Below are positions 38,201-50,474 of a stretch of 64,000 nucleotides of DNA, piece after piece. How positions within the stretch are numbered: the stretch's first letter is position 1; each line of letters starts with the position of its first letter. Under the pieces are notes generated by a model that searched no databases, was not told the DNA's origin, and saw nothing but the letters and a program-made list of their open reading frames with translations. The position numbers and the translations under genes are program-made. Source of the stretch: Podarcis melisellensis (taxonomy: Eukaryota); assembly GCA_964234715.1 (NCBI GenBank), contig OZ174280.1; one strand, 5' to 3'.

Positions 38201-41200
38201 ATCAGCCTCATTCTCTTCCAAGCTGAGTGTATGTAGCTGAGTGTATGTAGCTGGGAGAGTGTAGGGGAAATCTCTCTGGGTTGCTAACTTCTCAGACACT
38301 GGAGTGCAACATTTACAACATTGTTGCTGTACAGTACTATTTTTAAAATGTTATTTCATCCAGAAGGCTTGTTTATCACTTATACTTTCACCATAGGTTC
38401 CAGTAATGTTGAGAGCAAGGGTGTGAGGGTGACTGTGCTTCTTGGTGTCATGTTTAAAATCAGTCTACTACTGTGCCTCATTAAAAAGATAAGACTGAGA
38501 TTGATAATGAGAGCGAATGGAAAAGCCACTGAAAACAAGGACAAGTTGTTAATTAAATGGATTCTGAGGAATGGACAACAGCCTGACAAATGGCAAGGGG
38601 AATGCTTGGAGCATAATGGGGAAAGTGGAGAAGAAGAGAAGAGATATCACTAGAGGCAAAGAGATGGATATATTTTAAAAATAATTGTTCCTTATTAATC
38701 CAACCGGAGCATCTTCTTCTGATTCTGCCAACTGCCCTTTCTTTTCTCTGACTCTCCAATTGTGTTTTATTGGAGTTCACTATGCCTTTTTTTCTCCACA
38801 GATGTCCATAACAGCTGATGATCAGTTCTTACTAACATCTGCAGAGGATGGCTGTATATTTATCTGGAAAGTTTATGACAAAGAAGGGCGGGGGTTGAAA
38901 AGGGAGAGAGATGTGCCATACTCTGATGAAGTATTGATCACTAGAACAGACATGGAAGAGAAGGTCAGTACGGATGAGTTTTGAAGTGGGAAAAGAACAC
39001 ATCAGAAGACGACGTATCAACTAACCCAAATGCGTTTTATCTCCATGGGGGCAGCACTTACCCAGTACATATCATGGCCCTAGTAGAGAGGTGACAGCAG
39101 GTTTGAATTAGCCTTATAATACAAGAATCAAACGTACACTTAAAATGTAGCTCATGAGCTACATTGCTCCCTGTCCTGAAACCTACTTCACATGTTATAG
39201 GAAATGCATATATATGGCCAGATACAATATATGCTGTCTTTATATATGATAGTTTTTCAGATAAACGTGAAGGGCAGGATTCACCTGGCACCCATCAGTG
39301 GAAGCCCTGTGCAAGGACTTTTGCTTGCGCAGTAGGGCTTCTTCCCCCACCTGCTTGAAATGGGCTTGGTGGGGGTTGGGAGAACCCCCAGAATAGCATT
39401 CCGGGGGAAGAGAGGGGGCATTGTTCTGCCTGGCGTGCTAGAATGCTTGCACTAATGGAACGATTTGAAGGCCACCATTTTGAATTCCACCTGAAATGCC
39501 TTGTGTGTATCCATGACAAATTTAACATATGAAACAGCCCTAAAATATAGATATGGCAAGATACTGTGTACAGTAGATTTTTATTTAATTTGCATATCTG
39601 AATGTTTTGCCACCAATTTATTTTCTTATGATTCCTTACCCTGCAGACTCAGATAATGTTAGAACTAAAAACACGTGTAGAGGAACTGAAGATGGAAAAT
39701 GAGTACCAGCTGCGCCTCAAGGACATGAATTATAATGAAAAAATTAAAGAACTAACTGAGAAATTCATCCAGGAAATGGAATCACTGAAAACCAAAAACC
39801 AGGTGAGGGTCCAGCAATAACTACAACTCTCAGCATTATTGTGTCTTCTTTTTCCCATCATGCAGTCACCTGAGGGATTTGAAGGTTGGTATGCCTAGTT
39901 TCAGGTGTAATTCTCATCTCTATGTATTTCAGGTTTTGAAAGCAGATAAAGAAAAGCAGGAAGCACAGCACCAGGAACAAGTTGCAGAACTAACAGAGAA
40001 GCAGGCAAGAGAGGTGCAAGACCTAGGTTAGGAGGACTTTAAGTCACACTTTCCTCCAGACTGTGAGAAAGGGCTTCAGTCCCTATGGTGAAAGATGAAG
40101 AAAGAAAACCTTTCCCGTGCTGAGTGTTTGTCGGTCATGGCAAAGGGGCAACTTAGAGGACTGAGTACATAGGCATATTGACAATAATTTGCTTGAATGT
40201 AACTGGAATTAACTCATCTTTTTAATTATAATTATATCTCCCTGCCAATAAAGGCAGGAAGAAATGAGCAAACCTAATAAAGAAGAACATAAAGGGGCAA
40301 TAGATACGCAGGGCATAGTAAGGTAGGTAACTTTCTGAAAACTGGAGATACCTTTTTAAAGCATCTTATCTCTGCAAGCCACCAAGAAACAAGGTTTTAC
40401 TGCACACTTCTTCCATGGCCATCAGTATATTACTGCCATTGCAAATCCACCACAAGTGGAGTAGTCTATATCATCTTAGCATCTGCACAGCATTATGCAC
40501 GTCACATCATTCCCACTTTTGGGAGGATGGCATACAGAAGTTAATCCCCCAGTATTTTCTTTTGTGCCTAAAGAGCCAGAACTACTGAGTATGGAGTTCT
40601 GATGTAGATGCACCTGTAAAGAGTGTGCAAATGGGGCTTCAAAGCTAGTGATCGAGGAATAGTATGAGCTAGAGGAGAGAGATGTGAGCAGGCACCAAGA
40701 TGTGGGTCTAAAACAGCTCCCTAAGACTAAGGATAACTGGGAGAGGACAAGACATACCTTACTCTGTAATACATCCCCCACCCCACACATTAATTTCTTT
40801 TTTACTCTGTCTTTGGGTCAGAATCTGGCAATAACCAGAAGCTTCTGCTAGAGTTTGAGAAGTACCAGGAGCTTCAGATGAAATCCCAACGCATGCAGGA
40901 GGACTATGAGAAGCAGCTTCATGAAATGGAAGAGCACAAAAACCAGGCGCTGGAGGAGCTGACAGAATATTATGAGGCAAAGCTGCTTGAGAAAACCACT
41001 CAGCTGGAAGAGGTATGAGCTGTGATGGTTTCATTTTTATTTATTTTTAAGGATGGGCACAATTCTACTATGCTTGAAGTTACTCCTGATTCAGCCCTTC
41101 ATCGCTCTTCTGACTTCCACTAGCTGTGCTCTGAAGTTGAGCTCTGATCTGTGTACACTTTTGTCCTTGCCTCTCCTGATTAGGCAACCATCACCCATCC

Positions 41201-44200
41201 CAAACACAGATCTTTCCAGTCTTCTTCTTCCCTGAGTGCCACATGTTAGTGCGTTTAACTTACAGTTCTGACAGATAAAACCCCTAGGCAGGCTGACCTG
41301 TTTCTGGCTTAGATAGGATTGCCATATTTCAAAAAGTAAAAGTAAACCACACCAACAAAAAGTCTCTGTATGACAACATTCATACCGTATTTTTCGCTCT
41401 ATAAAACACACTTTCCCCCTCCTAAAAAGTAAGGGGAAAGCGTCTTATGGAGCGAATGCAGGCGGGAAGCTCTGCTCAGCGTTCCCTTTAAAGAGCCGCG
41501 TGGAGCGTGTCTGCGGCTCTTCGGGGCTCTTCGGGTTGCCCTTCTCCCTCCTTGGGGAAAAGCCCCCAAGAGCCACACACACACTCCGTGCGCTCTTTAA
41601 AGGGAGTGCTTCTCTTGGGGGAGCCTTAGCCGCGCACAGCCTCTCCTGGGCAGGGGATGAAGGCCAGGAGAGGCTACGCACGGCTATCCCATAAGCCAGG
41701 ACAGCAAGTGGGATCACTGCACAGTGATCCTGCTTGTTGTCCTGGCTTCTGGGATTCAGAATATTTTTTTCATATTTTCTTCTTCCAAAAACTAGGTGCG
41801 TATTATGGTCTGGTGCATCTTGTAGAGCGAAAAATACGGAACCTAAAACAAAAGGAACACTATTCTTTAATCATTGTCCAGAAGCTTGTATATTGAAGCT
41901 TGTATATGGCAGGTTATTTATTGGATTTATATACTGCCCTATACCCGGAGGTCTCAGGCCGGTTCACAGAAAAGATCAACACAAAAACCACAAAATATAT
42001 AATCAAAATAAAAACAACATTCCAATAACACTACCCCCCCCCCAAAAAAAAGAGCCACTCTACTGGAGAGGGATCCTACTAAGCAATTTCACAACTACAG
42101 AGATTCTAGTTTAAAGTACTCTTCAAGTAGATTATGCTCAACCCTTTTCACCTGTCCTTTCTGGCTGAAGTCAATGACAGCTCCAAATTCTCATTTTTTC
42201 ATCCTTACTGTACTCAGAGTGACATAAGTAGCTGGATGTTTCTATCATTCACCTTTCCATACATATACTTTTTTATATCCAGACTTGCCCACCTGTCAGA
42301 GTTCACCTGCAAGGTTGGTGGAGGTAAAAATCTGGTGCACTGATCAGATCCACTTACCCACCAGTAATTTATGAACTGGGTCATTCAGTGCTTTTGTAAC
42401 ATGTAATTAAGCCTCCAGCACTGTAACATCATGTTGCTGCATTGTCATCCCCGGAGAGCTTGTGTCAATCTGCCTCATCTCCAAACTAGCCCATGGTCTT
42501 GCCTCTCCCAGGCAATCATTTCAGTCTGGTCCCTTAACAGTTCGGCTCCTTTAATTCCTCCTTTTTACCTTTCTCCTTTCTAACTTTCAGGCTCAAGATG
42601 AATCAAGAACTCAGCTCCGAGAATTTGAGGAAACTAAGAAACAAATTGAAGAAGATGAGGATCGAGAAATCCAGGACATAAAAATTAAGTATGAGAGGCG
42701 ACTTCGTGAGGAAAGAGAATCAAATTTGCGGCTAAAAGGGGAGACAGGAATCATGAGGAAGAAGGTATGCTCGCCTGTTTCAGGCTATCAGACTTCAGGT
42801 TTGTGATCATTTACTTCAAGATGTATATACCACTTTCTCTGCCAACAAAATGACAATAAAATAGATAACAAAATTATAAAAAGCAACACAAATTTTAATA
42901 CCCAACTGTCTATTGAAACAGTGTCACAGAAATGTCAACAAAAATCTATTTTACATCTAATGTAAAATTATTTCCTAAAATGCAAGGTTTTATCTAAAGG
43001 CTGGAATGCTAGCAAAGGGCCAAATTAAATGTTAATTGTACAAATGGGCCTTGCATGCCTGTTTTCTATAATTGTCAGATGATTGACAGGTGGGTCATCC
43101 CACCCACCTGTCCAACTCCCTTATGCAGCGCTTCCCAATATCCAGCTGCCTATTAGGTGTTTGGGAAGTTCTGTGTAAAGTGCTTGGCATGCTCAGCATT
43201 TTCCAAGCACCCAGTATAGGGTTGGCAAAGCTCCTTTCTGCAAGAATCAGCTGTTTGACCGAGATTCCCATTAGAGATTTGGTTGCACAGCCAATCCTGC
43301 AGGTTTGAACTCACTGTCCATCAGTTGATGGGCCATGATAAACTCTGCTTCCTGAAGGCAACAGCTGTACAGAGATATGGAGATGCCCACCATGCAGCTT
43401 TCACTGATTCCTGTCAGCAGTTCTCATGGAACTGGGTGAGACACTGGCTTCAGACTGAAAGATACCTTGTGCTTTTTTCTCTAGTTCAACAGTCTGCAGA
43501 AAGAGATTGAAGAGCGCTGCAGTGACATTGAGGCAATGAAGGTGGAGCAGCAAAAGTTGCAAGGAATCATTAAAGCCTTAGAGAAGGACATCCAGGGGCT
43601 GAAGAGAGAGATTCAAGAAAGAGATGAAACCATTCAAGACAAGGTGAGGTGCTTGGATCTATGCTCCTTTCCCACCCCTTTACCCCCAGCTGGATTTTGT
43701 TGTCCAAATCTACAAAGGCTCTGACCCACTAAGCAATGCCTCTCTGTGTCTGCCTCCCAGTCTGAAGGATGGAGCTTAGAATTCATTATCCCTTCTCTGG
43801 TATTTGTGGCACTTTTCCTTTTTCCTCCTCATATGCCACAGTCCCACACATTGTCTCTTGACTCCACTGATATAGGGCTGAAGTTGTAAGAGATCCCTCT
43901 GTCTCTTTAGATACCGCTCACCTTATGTCTCTATTTTATTTATCCCAGGAGAAGCGAATTTACGATCTAAAGAAAAAAAACCAGGAACTGGAGAAGTTCA
44001 AATTTGTACTAGATTATAAAATAAAGGAGTTGAAGAAGCAAATAGAGCCGCGTGAGAATGATATCAAAGCTATGAAGGAGCAGATCCAGGAGGTGAGAAG
44101 CAGATTAGGCAGCCCACTTCCAGCCCTGAAGCTGGGCCAGCTTGAAGACCATAGCAGGCCACAGGCCTCCTTTAAAACCTCTCCTCTTCTCATGCATCTG

Positions 44201-46700
44201 TGCAGATGGAAGGAGAGCTGGAACGTTTCCACAAGCAGAACACACAACTGGAACTGAACATATCAGAGCTACGGCTAAAACTGAAAGCCACAGACCGGGA
44301 GATGCACAAAGAGATGCAAAAGGTGTGTCAAATGGCAGCTGAAAAAAGTGGTACACCAAATTATAACTGGTCCTTCTTTAGGGTGTCATATAAAGACTAA
44401 GATGAGCTCTAAAGTTTCCTTCCATCTTTATGATTCTGTAATGGTAATTGAAATTTTCTTCCACTGAATCTAGTTTTAAATTTCACATTAAAGCATGGTA
44501 ATGACAAATGTGTTGGGGCTGCTCTAATGTAATAATTTAATAGGTGACTCCGCACATGCCTGTCCATGACTTGATGACTTGCATGTGTAAAACAACAATT
44601 TCATTTCAGGCTTTCACATTATTTCACTACCACTGTCCCAATAGGTTGGGTAACCTCTGGCCAGTATTTGTCCCACAGACAATTTGTGAGATGTAATTTG
44701 AGCCAGAGCAAGGAAGCCTCACCAACAGGCAATGTATTCTGCTGCATCAAGCTTTGGTGTTCCTCTGACTGCAGGAACGAGACATGGAAGCACTTGTCAA
44801 GCGATTTAAAACAGATCTTCACAACTGTGTAGGCCTCATCCAGGAACCCAAGAAACTGAAGGAGAGCATCCGGGATATCTATGAAAAGTATGTGCAGAAG
44901 GCAGATATGGTAAGTGAAAGTTCTTCTCTCTCAGCAGCACATACCCACCATATTTCCTTTGAGCTCACTTCATTTGCTCCATCAGGTGGAAATTGTTGGC
45001 GTTGACACAGACTTGCATCAAGAGTACACACGGCAGCGAGAGCATCTTGAGCGCAACCTGGCAACACTGAAAAAGAAGGTGATAAAAGAAGGCGAGGTAC
45101 ATCGTGCAGACTATGTGCGCATCATGCAGGTACTAGCACTGTGAGGGAAAGTGGGCAGGTCCACTCTTCTAAACCGCTATAAGAAAAAAGTACTATTTGC
45201 TCCATTCCCAGGTCCAGAAGGTCCAGAAATTTCAGTTTAAATAATGAATTTCAAATGTGGATTTGAAAAGTACTGTGGGTGGGATTCACCTAATGAGTCC
45301 CATCAGCAGAAGCCCTACACAAGAACTTCTGCTGGCACAACTGGGCTTTCCCATGTGCCCCCCTAAATTGGCTCTGCAGAGCTCAGGAGAACCCCTGTTT
45401 TATTTTAATATATAGGCAGTGCATACCTGGCAAATATGGAGAACACAAGAGGCATCCTCCATTCTTTTATACCCCAAAGCATCTGCTTTGTTTAGCTCTT
45501 GGTCTTGTTCTGCATATCAGTATGCTTTCCCACAATGTCAGCAATATATTTTTGGTGTATAGACAGTAAATTTCCTATCACCTTAGCTATGCTACATCTT
45601 GTTTCTGTAGGAAAATGTGAGCCTCATCAAGGAAATAAATGAGCTGCGGAGAGAACTGAAGGTCACCCGTACTCAAGTTCTTGACCTCCAGTCAACCTTG
45701 GGGCTCCTTATGAAACGCAAGAAGCAACCAGCACAATCCCTAGGTAACCGAGTTGTTATTCAGCTCACTTTCCCCTTCTGCTCTTTCCCAGACAATGTTT
45801 CCATTTCTTTTTCTTTCCTTTTCCCTAGAACAGGGGTAGGCAACTGTTTTGTTCCCAAGGGCAACATGCAGCTGTTGGTGGTGCTGTATTGCCAGTGGGA
45901 GGGGTTGATCAAAAGTTGGCTGGCATGTGTAAGTCCCTCATGTTCTAGACTCACTTTGGTATTTTGTATTATCTAAAAGATTGTGTTCTGCTGCTGTTGT
46001 GGATGCTGATCCAATTAAAAAAGGCACCTTACGTACTTTATAGTCATATTGCTCTGGGATTAACACAGTAACAGTTGTCTTTGCAAAACAACTGGTTGTG
46101 AGCAAAGCAGAAACCTAAGTTTCAGTTCTACTTTTCTTCAAGGAGGATTGAACAAGATGCTCTTCGTGAGCCCCTGCTCCCTAAGTTAGCCAAACACCTC
46201 CTAGAGAGAGGTAGAGAGGATAAAAACATGCAGAGGTTCTTTAGCTCATCTCACTGCTTCCTTACTGCTTAGAGAGGGGGCAGGTAGTGTCCAGGAGTGT
46301 AGTGAAGTGTCCAGGAACTGTCAGTGGGCCTTGTTCTTTGCTGTAGACCTTGGAAATTGCCCAATAATTCCAACCCCTGTTTTCCTTTTGTCCTTTCTGT
46401 TGTGTTCATGGCTAACCCTCATCCTGGCTCATCTCTTTGGGGTATTTTCTACAGTTACAACCAAGCAATGTGATTTTTCCATTTCCTCCAGCTCCCTCCC
46501 CTGAACGGCACACTCCAACCATCCTACGGTTGAATCCAGAGGAGGAAACGGAGAGGATCATTGAAATGCAGCGGTTGGAAATCAAGTACCTCCAAGACCA
46601 AATGCAAGGGCAGGAAAAAGCTCTTGCAGTTCGACCTACATCAGGTTCGAAACTTCCAATGCTAGAACTGGACAGAAGCAGCGGTGGACAATCACATTGA
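26205..46700 (+). CDS. CFAP57: Cilia- and flagella-associated protein 57 (WDR65), WD40 repeats plus coiled coil, 1248 aa
   Basis: join(26205..26361,27486..27802,29126..29412,30415..30622,32169..32321,33286..33425,34081..34246,35241..35354,36951..37163,37771..37944,38802..38963,39647..39802,39933..40026,40822..41012,42591..42764,43485..43643,43949..44092,44206..44322,44775..44909,44986..45129,45611..45743,46492..46700) = 3747 nt, 22 phase-consistent GT-AG exons. Motifs [63 protein letters not shown] 46831-46836. Confidence 0.96.
28105..28790 (+). mobile_element. Interspersed repeat, possibly non-autonomous RTE/RTEX-type non-LTR element
   Basis: GC-richer block in CFAP57 intron 2 containing GGCTAAACCAGGTGA and GTCAACCTGGGAAAGTAGCCCATCTAGGAGA, reminiscent of RTE-X 5' UTRs; no ORF; assignment from recall only. 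Confidence 0.3.
30379..30403 (+). repeat. (TGAT)n microsatellite just upstream of the CFAP57 acceptor at 30414
   Basis: About six tandem TGAT units seen directly. Confidence 0.85.
31643..31817 (+). mobile_element. CR1 LINE 3' end fragment
   Basis: GAGAGCTGTTCAGCAGTGGAAC...GGTTGGACTAGATGACC...CCAACTCTAAGATTCTATGAT is a CR1-type 3' UTR and tail; shorter copies at ~51645-51715 and ~51790-51860. Confidence 0.7.
32783..32949 (-). mobile_element. Penelope-like element terminal-repeat fragment with inverted segment
   Basis: GTAGCCGTGTTGGTCTG...GTAGCACCTTAAAGACCAACTAAG...GAGCTTTCGTG resembles reptile PLE pseudo-LTRs (recall). ATACACTGAAAC 32909-32920 is inverted at 32938-32949. Degenerate flanking duplication TTCAAAATGTCATTGTTC / TTCAAAATCTCATGTTC. 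Confidence 0.7.
32875..32912 (-). ncRNA. Minimal type I hammerhead ribozyme motif (PLE-associated)
   Basis: Minus strand GUAU-CUGAAGA-A-GUGUG-CAUG-CACAC-GAAA-GC-UC-AUAC: helix I GUAU/AUAC, core CUGANGA and GAAA, 5-bp helix II, 1-bp helix III with palindromic AGCU. Confidence 0.7.
34708..34941. mobile_element. Tc1/mariner (Tigger-like) MITE
   Basis: TA-flanked GAGTGGTACCTCCAGTTACG ... CCACTG; internal GCGCTTCTGCGCATGC motifs shared with 715-958. Confidence 0.7.
37254..37431. mobile_element. G-rich hAT-type MITE
   Basis: TIRs CAGTGGCGGAG / CTCCGCCAGTA; 8-bp TSD GCTGTAGC / GCTGTGGC with one mismatch. Confidence 0.7.
41385..41839. mobile_element. Tc1/mariner-type MITE (CCGTATTTTTCGCTCTATAA TIR family)
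   Basis: TIRs CCGTATTTTTCGCTCTA / TAGAGCGAAAAATACGG; internal sequence shared in opposite orientation with 56763-57021. Confidence 0.8.
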
Positions 46701-49700
46701 CGCGTGCAGAAGGCATCCAAACTTAGCTAATCTTCTCTGCATCTCTAGAGCAAGGACCCACTCCTACCCTGACCCTTTGGGTTCTTTGTTTTTGTTTTAG
46801 CACCTCTGATTCTGGATAGGGAAAGGAAACAATAAACAGGTCATACCAGATTTGTCTGCCTCTTGCTAATACGTTGCAAGTCTCCAAACAGGAGAAACAA
46901 GTGAAAAAACATGCAGAGCACCAGGGAGAAAGCTGGCTGCTCATAGGTGAGGCCATATCTCTACCGCACAGCATAGCTCTGTTTCAACTCAAAGCAAAAA
47001 TCCTGTTGGAGACAGGACCCTTGTGCCTAGCACTGATGCAAGAAAGTCTCAACTCTACACATTCTCTGTCCTCTGAGCTAGTCTGGGAAATAAATGATTG
47101 CCTGCATCTTTCCCCATTGGCAGCAAAACTTTGATTGATGAACCTGAGACCTGTTGGTACACTCTGTGGCAGATCCATCGCTCTGTTCTGAGTTGCTTTT
47201 CCAGCTATTTGCAGAACAGTAAGTCTGTGCATGGCTGACTGCAGGTGTGAACCTACTTACTTGAGCAGTATCTCTCTCACTCACACACCCAACCTAGGAG
47301 TCCTCAATCCTTCCCCCTCACCCCTATATCTCTCTTCTCAAATATATCTTGCTAACTAACTATTAACACAAATGTGATAAACGTTTCGACAGTGTGTGAA
47401 TAATGCTAAATGGGAGATACTAAGGAAAAGAAGGGACCCACTATCCCCATGAGTGTTAGATAGTAATGATAAATATATTTATTTAAATCATTTGTACAAA
47501 GAGCGTTGTGTGTTAAAATACACCAGTTACACAAAATCTGCAAAGCACAAAATAAACATATCTAATTAAACAAACCAACAAACCTGTCGGCTGAACTGAG
47601 GGCTAAACAGAAATATATTTACATATGTAGGCACATGTGCATGCGCACACCAAATGTCAATAGAGAGGGACCTTGGGGAATTCCAGCTTGGTGCAACTGA
47701 TGCTTGCCATGATATGCTTGAGTTGGTAGGTAAGGTGACTTGATAGGTAAGCATCAGGGCCTTGAATGGAAGTTGGAAGCATATTGACAGCCAGTGAAAA
47801 TGCAATAAAACTGGCTGACTGTGTTTGCAACAATAATATGCCTTCTGCTTTTCGGATACCAACACTGACTGTTCTGTAATCTAATCTCCTTAGTAACGTA
47901 TCCTTTTCACAACACAACCATTTGTTTTCTGTCCTCCATGAGGCAACAAAGCAAAAGCACTTCAGCAATTTATGGTGCGCTGATGATAAGCTATACCCTT
48001 CAAGTTATTCCTCCCTGCCTTCTCAGAACAAGACTCTGCAGCACCCTGGGTCAAGTAGTTTCACTATTCTCTTAATTATTTGCACTTATGAATCAAAAGC
48101 CTTCTGAAATTCCCCAATAACCTATGTTATGGGTAGTTGCTATAACTGCTTTAGAAACTTTTTTAGAAGATCAGCAGAGTCCTTAACAAGGCAGGTGCTC
48201 TTCAGAGTAAGCTACATGTAATGCTTTCTATGAACTAATTAATAATATGCATGCCTACAATACCTAAATCATTCATATCCCATGTTCTTCCGTATGTCCA
48301 TCACTAATTCTTCCAGCAATGGCAGCGGATGTGACTCAATCTTTTTCTTGATAATTAGTAGGTAGCTAGGAGTGATCTTCCTCTGACAGGTGCTTAAAAC
48401 ACTCCTTAATAGTTAAGTCTTTGCTCCACAATGGTGCAATGCTGCCCTCAGGTGAGAAGTTTTCCCCATGGTGCACGCACACACAGGCACTTCAGAAGAT
48501 GTAAATAGAGAACATGCCATAAGGATGTTGTCCTGATCAGAGAAGATTGCTGAACAACCCACTGCTGACAAACCATCTCACCAAGGGACTTTTGGAGTCT
48601 AGCACTTGCTGGAAGATTACTCCTAGACCAGAGGAAGTTCATGGAACAGAGGCAGAATGGCAATGTAGATTTTATTGGATGTTTTAGCTATGTTTACAGT
48701 CATGTCTTGGATTCTGAGGCAGCATAACAATCCTTTGTGCTCATGTCATGCCTGCATCACAAGGTAAGGTTTTTCTTTTCTTTTTTTACAAGAAGGTATG
48801 TTAGCATTTTTCTTTGTGTCAACATAGCTATGAAAACCATGCTTTGCATTCCAGTGCACACTTAGTCTTCATATTTCACCCAGCGTTTTCCAAATAAAAC
48901 TTGCATGTTTTTAACAGGAATCAATTCACACATGGTATCAGCAGCATTGTCTCCTGCTGAAACATACCTGTTTAAATCAGACAGTATCTCTAGAGTAATA
49001 TAAGTATTATACTGTATACAGTTGTGCAAATTGGTAGTCAACCAGAAGAAAGGTGTTGAAGATAGGGTTAGGGTGAGAATTAGTACCACAGATTTATAGA
49101 AGGAAATGTGAATTGTCATGCACATAATCAGGCATTACACCAGACAGTTTATGTTGCAAGAAGCCTACCAGAAGTTCAAAAAATCCTTCCAACTGAAGAT
49201 ATGACCATTGTCATTTATAGGAAAGGAATATGTGCTATTGTATTACACTCGGGTAAGGGAAGACACAATAAATGAAGAGAGGGAAGAGTAACAGAATCCA
49301 ATAACTCAGCATGATTTAGAAATCGCATAACCTGGAATTGTGACTTTTTGTCAGTAACGAGGTAGGTAGGAAATGTGAAGCCAATGGAAGACAGGCCTTG
49401 TGGTATGTGATGGCAAGGTAGGGGAGAAAAAGGAAGAAAAGCAATCCTAGACTGCTGTTGTCACCATCAACCACAAATCTTTTAGCACTCAAAACCCAGG
49501 TGGCACTTTGCTTGACCGTGTGTTGGGTATGCTGAACTCTGACGTGAGCTTGCTGGGTGACCATATACATGGTTCTCTTTCTATCACATTTCTCTATCAA
49601 ATGGAAATGACAATACCACATATCATAAGCTTTCTCGACCCCCACAATAATGAAGTACAGGCAGCACTGGAGTATTGAGATAAAAATATGTATTCAGTCA

Positions 49701-49903
49701 AGCCTTCAATCCCATGAAATGCAATGCATTTACAAGTCTTAGAAAATATCATATGCAATCTTATTCCCCCAAAAAACTGAATGTTTTTTACTTAAATATA
49801 CCTCTGTATTGAAAGGTTTTGGGAACCTTAAGTTAATGGATAGAAGGGGGGCAGAGAGAGATGGTTCATAGTCTCTCTATTTTGTTAATCCAAAAACCAA
49901 GTA

Positions 49904-50145
49904 CAGTGGTACCTCGGGTTACATACGCTTCAGGTTACATATGCTTCAGGTTACAGACTCCGCTAACCCAGAAATAGTACCTCAGGTTAAGAACTTTGCT
50001 TCAGGATGAGAACAGAAATCGTGCTCCGGTGGCGTGGTGGCAGCAGGAGGCCCCATTAGCTAAAGTGGTGCTTCAGGTTAAGAGCAGTTTCAGGTTAAGA
50101 ACAGACCTCCGGAACGAATTAAGTACTTAACCCGAGGTACCACTG
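49904..50145. mobile_element. Tc1/mariner (Tigger-like) MITE, CAGTGGTACCTC family
   Basis: TA TSD; TIRs CAGTGGTACCTCGGGTTA / TAACCCGAGGTACCACTG; 242 bp. Confidence 0.9.
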
Positions 50146-50338
50146 TATCTTGTTTATTCACTTACTTTATTTTGATGAAACCATCATGGGAGGAAAGGCT
50201 TTGAGGGTGTAAGGGGTTTGCTGCCCATCAGTCAAAGTCTGATCCATTCATTAGCCAATATTCCCACAAGTCCCTACTCTTTTAGAAATGATTATAGTAT
50301 ACTAACCTAGTCATACCATTGCTACTTAGACACTAAGG

Positions 50339-50474
50339 CAGGCATAGGCAAACTCAGCCTTCCAAATGTTTTGGGACTACAACTCCCATCATCCCTAGCA
50401 AAGGGACTAGTGGTCAGGGATGATGGGAGTTGTAGTCCCAAAAACACCTGGAGGGTCGGGTTTGCCTATGCCTG
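50339..50474. mobile_element. Palindromic hAT MITE
   Basis: TIRs CAGGCATAGGCAAAC / GTTTGCCTATGCCTG; TSD CACTAAGG / CACCAAGG; internal hairpin GGGACTACAACTCCCATCATCCCT. Confidence 0.85.

Noticed and set aside
39632-39646. U12-type branch-like TTCCTTACC before a CFAP57 exon
   Set aside because: The matching donor is GTCAGT, not GTATCCTT; all reconstructed introns look U2-type.
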